Shown here: positions 58,466-64,000 of the stretch, piece by piece
How the letters are laid out: every line of letters begins with the position of its first letter
Numbering within the stretch: position 1 is the first letter of the stretch
Translations under genes and position numbers: made by a program
The notes under the pieces: model-generated
The model's input: only the letters and a program-made list of their open reading frames with translations
Told to the model about the DNA's origin: nothing
Database searches by the model: none
Assembly: GCA_003510435.1 (NCBI GenBank)
Contig: DOMK01000013.1
Location: 12,135-76,134, forward strand
From: Candidatus Magasanikiibacteriota bacterium
GTDB lineage: Bacteria; Patescibacteriota; Patescibacteriia; Magasanikbacterales; UBA922
Direction: 5' to 3'
DNA length: 64,000 bases

Positions 58466-58565
58466 AACACAGATTTCACAGATTATTTAGAATGATTCCA
58501 CAGATTTGATAGATTTGGCTCGTTTACATTCAGTGAAATCTATTTTAATCCGTGTAATCAATGTT
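58466..58565. repeat. Family-A inverted repeat in the rplW-rplB gap
   Basis: AACACAGATTTCACAGATTA / TAATCCGTGTAATCAATGTT. Confidence 0.8.
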
Positions 58566-59024
58566 TTAAACCCCTTCATGGACATTGACTGTCTCACCTT
58601 TTGCCAAGGTGACAATCGCTTTTTTCCAATCACTGGTTCTACCTTTTTTTCCTCTGGTATTTTTAGCTTTACCTTCTCGATTCATTATTCTTACTTTTAG
58701 TACCTTTACATTATAAATTTGTTTTATAATATTTCTTACATCCACTTTGGTCGCAGCTTTTTCTACAGAAAAAGTATAAGAATTATGACTTTCAGCAATC
58801 GCAGCTTTTTCACTTATCACAGAAGAAAGTAAAACCTTATAAGCCTGTCCATTTATTTTTTTTGTTAAATCACTTTTTTTAACTTTGTTTACTGTTTCAG
58901 TAGCATTATTATCAACTACAGCCTCAACTTTTTTCTCAACCTTAACTTTAGCAGTCGCTTGTTTAGGAGCAACGGCTTTGGCTTCAGCAGTACTTTTCTT
59001 TTTAAATTTATCTAATAAACCCAT
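58566..59024 (-). CDS. rplW: 50S ribosomal protein L23 with N-terminal extension
   Basis: ISEKA, YTF.V, WKKAIVTL. Confidence 0.93.
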   Translation of the reverse strand: MGLLDKFKKKSTAEAKAVAPKQATAKVKVEKKVEAVVDNNATETVNKVKKSDLTKKINGQAYKVLLSSVISEKAAIAESHNSYTFSVEKAATKVDVRNIIKQIYNVKVLKVRIMNREGKAKNTRGKKGRTSDWKKAIVTLAKGETVNVHEGV

Positions 59025-59025
59025 A

Positions 59026-59655
59026 TTATTTTGCTAATCTTTTTTCTAACTGTTCAATACCTTTTTTTGTAGTAATAACAAATTGGTGATGTAATAAATC
59101 TACGACATTTACATCCTTAGCCTGTTGCATATCAAATCTCTTGATATTTCTAGTAGCCAAATTCACTTTTTCATCATTTACATGAGCTAACAATAAGGTG
59201 GTTTTACCAAATCCTGGTAAACTCTTGCGCAACTTGGACATACCACTGGTTTTACCATCACTTTGTAAATCTTCTAACACTACCAACAAACCATTTTTTG
59301 CCTTGTCAGTCAAACACATCCGCACAGCAGTTTGGTTCATTTTTTTATTAATTTTTTGTTTATAATTTCTTACGTTAAGAGGTCCGAATGTCACACCACC
59401 GCCCACCCACAATGGTGAACGAATAGAACCATGACGAGCGCGACCAGTCCCTTTTTGTTTCCATGGCTTTCTACCACCACCGCGCACTTCACCTTTATTT
59501 TTGGTGTGAGCCCAAGGTTCTCTGGCATTGGCCATAATAGCATTGTAAACTTGGTACAAAACAGAAGATTTAGCTTTGACACCAAAAACTTTGTCATTCA
59601 ATTCCAAATCACCCACTTCTTTACCTTCTTGATTGTACAATTTAACTTTTGCCAT
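59026..59655 (-). CDS. rplD: 50S ribosomal protein L4
   Basis: KPWKQKGTGRARHGS. Confidence 0.97.
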   Translation of the reverse strand: MAKVKLYNQEGKEVGDLELNDKVFGVKAKSSVLYQVYNAIMANAREPWAHTKNKGEVRGGGRKPWKQKGTGRARHGSIRSPLWVGGGVTFGPLNVRNYKQKINKKMNQTAVRMCLTDKAKNGLLVVLEDLQSDGKTSGMSKLRKSLPGFGKTTLLLAHVNDEKVNLATRNIKRFDMQQAKDVNVVDLLHHQFVITTKKGIEQLEKRLAK

Positions 59656-59657
59656 AC

Positions 59658-60437
59658 TTATTTAGTTTCTTCTACTTTAATTTCTTCTGCAACAGCAACC
59701 TCGGCTGGAGCTGAATCAACGGCTGTTTTTTCTTCAGAAGCATTTTCCACAACTTCAACAACTTCTGGCTTTACTTCTTCTTTTTTATTATTAATAATTG
59801 TCACTTCACCCGCATCAGTTGAAATCAACAAAAGTCCACCGCGTGCGCCAGGAACAGCCCCTTTAATCAAAATTTCATTTAAATCTGAATCAATTTTCAT
59901 TATTTCTAAATTTTTAACTGTCACTTGATCATCACCCATATGTCCGCCCATTCTCTTACCTTTAAAAACTCTTTGAGGACCAGTAGCACCAATACTACCA
60001 GGCATGCGTAATTGATCTTTGTTACCATGTGAAGCATGACCACCATGAAAACCATGTCTCTTGACTACACCTTGGAAACCTCTTCCTTTGGAAGTACCAA
60101 TCACTTTTACCTTTTCACCCAAAGAAAAACTGCTGGCATCAAAAACATCACCACGATTAAATTCTACACCTTCGCCAGTTTTGAATTCGCGTAAAAAACG
60201 CACAGTCAAACCATTATCATTATTAACACTAATATTATTCAAATGTCCGGCTTTGGCCTTATTCAAACGAAATTTCTTTTGGACACCAAAACCAATTTGA
60301 ATGGCATTAACATTTTTTTCTTTTCTTACTTGGGTTATAACACATGGTCCTACCTGAATTCGGGTAACAGGAACAACAGTGCCATCCTCTCGGAAAACCT
60401 GTGTCATATTTTGCTTTGTACCTAATATAAATTTCAT
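59658..60437 (-). CDS. rplC: 50S ribosomal protein L3
   Basis: SKGRGFQGVVKRH, PGSIG, MGGHMG, KGAVPG. Confidence 0.97.
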   Translation of the reverse strand: MKFILGTKQNMTQVFREDGTVVPVTRIQVGPCVITQVRKEKNVNAIQIGFGVQKKFRLNKAKAGHLNNISVNNDNGLTVRFLREFKTGEGVEFNRGDVFDASSFSLGEKVKVIGTSKGRGFQGVVKRHGFHGGHASHGNKDQLRMPGSIGATGPQRVFKGKRMGGHMGDDQVTVKNLEIMKIDSDLNEILIKGAVPGARGGLLLISTDAGEVTIINNKKEEVKPEVVEVVENASEEKTAVDSAPAEVAVAEEIKVEETK

Positions 60438-60718
60438 ATCTATTTTGGTAACAAAAAACTAGAAGTGATATCTCAAAACAAGATTTAAAATATCGCTTCT
60501 AGCCTTTATAAAAAAATGATTATATTGGCTTGTAAATTATAATTTTTAATATTCACCTCACTGTACACCATTTGCCTTCTTGCAGATGTTTTCTTTCTTG
60601 AAAGTTCACGGAAAATTATTTTACAATTATAATCCGTAACCCTTAGTAAAATCCGTAATCATAGATCTTATCTGCTCGAATTTTTGGTGTTGTTCCTAAT
60701 ACTTTAGGAAGTGGCCAT

Positions 60719-60747
60719 ATTTTACCTCAAAACAAAAACAATGTCAA
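60719..60747 (-). promoter_or_regulatory. Sigma70 promoter upstream of rplC
   Basis: TTGACA-17-TAAAAT; DnaA-box-like TTATCCACA at 60765-60773. Confidence 0.7.
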
Positions 60748-60825
60748 GGGGTTTTATACAACCGTTATCCACATGTAAATATGATTTACAAGATTCAAAC
60801 CCCTAACCAAATTTTATGACAAAAC

Positions 60826-60920
60826 CATTGTCAAATTGTCTCATTGACACATTGTTATTGCTACACATATATAACAACTTTTCAAAAAAACAATGGCAAC
60901 AATTTAACAATGTGACAATA
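60826..60920. repeat. Inverted repeat with 8-nt periodic arms (CATTGT/ACAATG)
   Basis: ccattgtcaaattgtctcattgacacattgt ... caatggcaacaatttaacaatgtgacaat. Confidence 0.65.
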
Positions 60921-60990
60921 ATATTTAAAAGGCATTAACCAAATATCTACACAAAATATTTTTTTATCTCAAAAAACCTACTTTTTTACC

Positions 60991-61374
60991 TTAATTCATT
61001 TTAATTTCTATATCCACACCAGCTGGCAAACTCAAATTCATAAGAGCATCAATCGCTTTTGGGGTTGGATTTAAGATATCAATCAAACGTTTGTGAGTAC
61101 GCATTTCAAACTGTTCCGAAGATGTCTTGTGTACAAAAGTAGAACGATTGACAGAAAACTTATTCTTCTCAGTTGGCAATGGTACTGGACCTACGACTTT
61201 GGCGCCATTTCTCTCAGCCGTGTCAATAATTGTCTTAGCAGCTTGATCAATAATCTTACTATCATAAGCTCTAATTTTGATTCTAACTTTTGGGCCAGCA
61301 GTTTGAGCAATATCAGCTGTTTTATCGGCTACTTTGTCTGTTGTCTTGTCAGTTGTTTTGTTTATTGTTGTCAT
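60991..61374 (-). CDS. rpsJ: 30S ribosomal protein S10
   Basis: [26 protein letters not shown]; likely start MTTINK. Confidence 0.96.
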   Translation of the reverse strand: MTTINKTTDKTTDKVADKTADIAQTAGPKVRIKIRAYDSKIIDQAAKTIIDTAERNGAKVVGPVPLPTEKNKFSVNRSTFVHKTSSEQFEMRTHKRLIDILNPTPKAIDALMNLSLPAGVDIEIKMN

Positions 61375-61433
61375 AAAATATTTAAAAGAACAAAGGGAGA
61401 GGACACTTGTCTGTCCCCTCCCCATTATTAAAG

Positions 61434-62621
61434 TTAGTTGATAATCTTGGTTACAACACCAGAAGCGACTGTTCTACCACCCTCGCGGATAGCAAAACGG
61501 ACTTTTTCTTCCATGGCAACTGGTACGATAAGCTTAATTTTTAGATTAAGAGTATCACCAGGCATTACCATTTCAGTACCTTCTGGCAAAGTGACTTCAC
61601 CAGTCACATCGGTAGTACGGATATAAAATTGTGGCTTATAACCATTGAAAAATGGTTTATGACGGCCACCTTCTTCTTTGGTAAGAGTATAAACTTCAGC
61701 TTCAAACTCTGTATGAGGAGTAATCGAACCAGTTTTAGCCAAAACCATACCACGTTCAACATCTTCTTTCTTTGTACCACGAAGCAAAATACCAGCATTG
61801 TCACCAGCCTCACCTTGGTTAAGAGATTTGTTAAACATTTCTACGCCTGTAACGGTAGTTTTGCTAGTTTCTGGTCTAATACCAACGATTTGAACCTCGT
61901 CACCAATCTTGACAATACCTCTTTCAATACGACCAGTTACTACAGTACCACGGCCTTCAATTGAGAAAACGTCTTCAATTGGCATCAAGAAATCCTTGTC
62001 CAAATCACGTTGTGGCTGAGGAATGTATTCATCCAAAGTGTTCAAAAGTTTCATAATGGCTTCACTGTATTCACCATTTGGATCTTCTAGAGCTTTTAGA
62101 GCTGAACCACGGATAATTGGAGTAGTATCTCCAGGGAAATCATATTTCTTTAGTAAATCTTTGATTTCTTCTTCTACCAAGTCAATCAATTCTGGATCTG
62201 TCACTTGGTCAACCTTATTTAAGAAAACAATGATATAAGGCACACCTACCTGGCGAGCCAACAAGATGTGTTCGCGAGTCTGAGGCATAGGACCATCAGC
62301 AGCAGACACTACCAAAATAGCACCGTCCATTTGAGCAGCACCAGTAATCATGTTCTTGACATAATCAGCATGGCCTGGACAATCAACGTGAGCATAGTGA
62401 CGTTTTTCGGTTGCATACTCCACATGAGCTGTGGCAATAGTAATACCACGAGCTTTTTCTTCTGGAGCAGAATCGATTTCGTCAACGCTTTTGGTTTGAG
62501 CGATCAAACCTCTAGCTGCAGCTACCTTCAAAATAGCAGCTGTAAGTGTAGTTTTACCATGATCAACGTGACCAATAGTACCTACGTTTAAGTGTGGCTT
62601 GGACCTATCAAAGTCTACCAT
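61434..62621 (-). CDS. tuf: Elongation factor Tu
   Basis: [27 protein letters not shown]. Confidence 0.99.
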   Translation of the reverse strand: MVDFDRSKPHLNVGTIGHVDHGKTTLTAAILKVAAARGLIAQTKSVDEIDSAPEEKARGITIATAHVEYATEKRHYAHVDCPGHADYVKNMITGAAQMDGAILVVSAADGPMPQTREHILLARQVGVPYIIVFLNKVDQVTDPELIDLVEEEIKDLLKKYDFPGDTTPIIRGSALKALEDPNGEYSEAIMKLLNTLDEYIPQPQRDLDKDFLMPIEDVFSIEGRGTVVTGRIERGIVKIGDEVQIVGIRPETSKTTVTGVEMFNKSLNQGEAGDNAGILLRGTKKEDVERGMVLAKTGSITPHTEFEAEVYTLTKEEGGRHKPFFNGYKPQFYIRTTDVTGEVTLPEGTEMVMPGDTLNLKIKLIVPVAMEEKVRFAIREGGRTVASGVVTKIIN

Positions 62622-62751
62622 ACTTCTAAAATTTACCGCACTGTCTCCGAGTGGTCAGGACAGATTTTTAATCCAGCGGACTTGATTATAATTTTAGGCT
62701 ATATTTAGCCAAATTTTTGATTAACAAAAATGCGTACTTTTACGCGTGATA

Positions 62752-62780
62752 ATTATATACAAATCTTAAGTATAAGTCAA
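62752..62780 (-). promoter_or_regulatory. Sigma70 promoter for tuf
   Basis: TTGACT-17-TATAAT. Confidence 0.7.
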
Positions 62781-63062
62781 GGGGATATGGTGGGGACAAA
62801 CCCTAATCCTGAGCGTAGTGAAGCGAAGCGAAACGGAGCCGAAGGATCCCCTTTTTCTCTGCACTAAAAAAGTCTTAAATTTCTAATATCTAATTTCTAA
62901 TTAACCTAATAAAATACCAAATAACAAAATCCAAATTCCAAATCAATTTTAAACTTAAGATTACTAAATTAATATCCACACCACTTACATTGACAACTCT
63001 CTCTCTCTGTTTGTTAGGATAAGATGTCGTGCATCGAACGCACGAAGATGAAGGAGGCAGAC

Positions 63063-63395
63063 ATGGCGATTGTCACCATCCGGTTGTACCGGAAAAATGG
63101 CAAAAGGGGGGTTGAGGTAATCAAAAAAAAGCATTACCCGCGCCTCCAACGGTCACTTACCCGCTACATGGCCTCGGTCGATGGAGAACACCTCGCCCGC
63201 TCATGGAACACAGCAGGGCTGGCCGAGGTAGACGGTGAATGGTTTGTCACCGTCGATGGAGATGGTAAGGCCAGCATGCCGGAAAAACTGAGAAGCCATC
63301 TCTGGATCTACTATGGCTTCAACAGGTTCCTAGCAAGGATCTACAAGGGCCTAACCAGTGACGATGAACACCTTCCCGCCTTTCGCCCCTCCTAG
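63063..63395 (+). CDS. Orphan protein, GC-richer
   Basis: AAGGAGG SD before ATG 63063; TTGACA at 62990. Confidence 0.65.
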   Translation: MAIVTIRLYRKNGKRGVEVIKKKHYPRLQRSLTRYMASVDGEHLARSWNTAGLAEVDGEWFVTVDGDGKASMPEKLRSHLWIYYGFNRFLARIYKGLTSDDEHLPAFRPS

Positions 63396-63595
63396 CGTTC
63401 GCTTCGCCCCGGTTCAGGGGCAACATGCCGGTTGCGCGTCAGCCGATGACCGAGAGGGAAAACCCTCCGGGTGTCGGAGGGTGTGAGCATGCGGACAATA
63501 CAACGAAAGAATCGTCCACCACAGCTAGATTTTCATTATTGAAAATTTAACTAAGGAGTTTGGGACGATTTTTTTGTTTACACAAGCAATCCTAT

Positions 63596-63674
63596 CCCCT
63601 AACCCCTTTCCCCTACAAAAGGGCAAGGGGAATTAAAGCCCCTCCACTTTTTAAGGGGAGGGGTTGGGGTGGGG
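63596..63674. repeat. C-rich/G-rich REP-like composite palindrome
   Basis: CCCCTAACCCCTTTCCCC...GGGGAA...GCCCCTCC...AGGGGAGGGGTTGGGGTGGGG. Confidence 0.65.
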
Positions 63675-63708
63675 TTTTATTCCTTATTCTTTATTCCTTA
63701 TTCCTTTT

Positions 63709-64000
63709 TTACACCGGTTCCTCATAAAACACCGGCTCTTCATTTTCTCCCAAAGGTTCTTCTAGCCAATCAGCTGTGTTTTCTTCAGTTTTTTTATAAG
63801 GAATATTTTGTGGTCCAGTAATACTCTCTTCACCAATGTCATTATAATTAAAATCAAAATCTGGTATGTCCTCTACTTTAATTTCATCAGCATCTTTTTT
63901 TGAAAAAAATTCACTTGGTATCTCCACACCCTCATCGTCTTCATCTTCATTATCAAAATCAAAAGAATCATCTTCATCATCTAACCAATTTGGTGTATTG
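63709..64000 (-). CDS. Acidic hypothetical protein, C-terminal part
   Basis: Asp/Glu-rich frame open to the window edge. Confidence 0.55.
   Translation of the reverse strand, partial: NTPNWLDDEDDSFDFDNEDEDDEGVEIPSEFFSKKDADEIKVEDIPDFDFNYNDIGEESITGPQNIPYKKTEENTADWLEEPLGENEEPVFYEEPV

Noticed and set aside
25020-58565. CRISPR array
   Set aside because: The repeats are dispersed and inverted, not tandem with regular spacers, and no cas genes are present.
41728-60773. Replication origin from TTATCCACA boxes (41728, 60765)
   Set aside because: These are isolated single boxes with no cluster and no dnaA nearby.
2290-62591. Many short antisense or alternative-frame ORFs in the track
   Set aside because: They are shadows of well-supported genes and have no independent coding evidence.
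1-64000. Prophage, IS transposase or integrase
   Set aside because: No such protein motifs were recognised in the window.

Overview
AT-rich bacterial chromosome segment, very likely Patescibacteria/CPR (Parcubacteria-like). The spc operon lacks rpmD/L30, most genes have no Shine-Dalgarno, a CPR-type pilin is present, and TGA is used as a stop. It is mostly housekeeping: manB/pgm, clpC, recG, der, pth, dprA, folC, topA, RSH, parAB, scpAB, aspS, asnS, glnA, recO, map, adk, secY, the spc/S10 ribosomal protein genes and tuf, plus four tRNAs. The most notable signal is a layer of inverted-repeat elements. A complete GxxExxY (PD-(D/E)xK) nuclease cassette with periodic terminal inverted repeats sits in frame inside recG, and a second free-standing one lies between der and pth. 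Many gene-less inverted-repeat units fill the space between a stop codon and the next start codon, including within the ribosomal protein operon. Short palindromes are inserted in frame in several proteins, and decayed 5' tRNA copies carrying palindromes lie upstream of three tRNAs. Also present are two tandem small RNA candidates with mutual 12-nt complementarity, a candidate Asn/Gln-rich leader peptide before tRNA-Asn/glnA, and four GC-richer orphan minigenes with their own promoter and SD. Coordinates were counted by hand, and all functional calls come from motif recognition without database searches.
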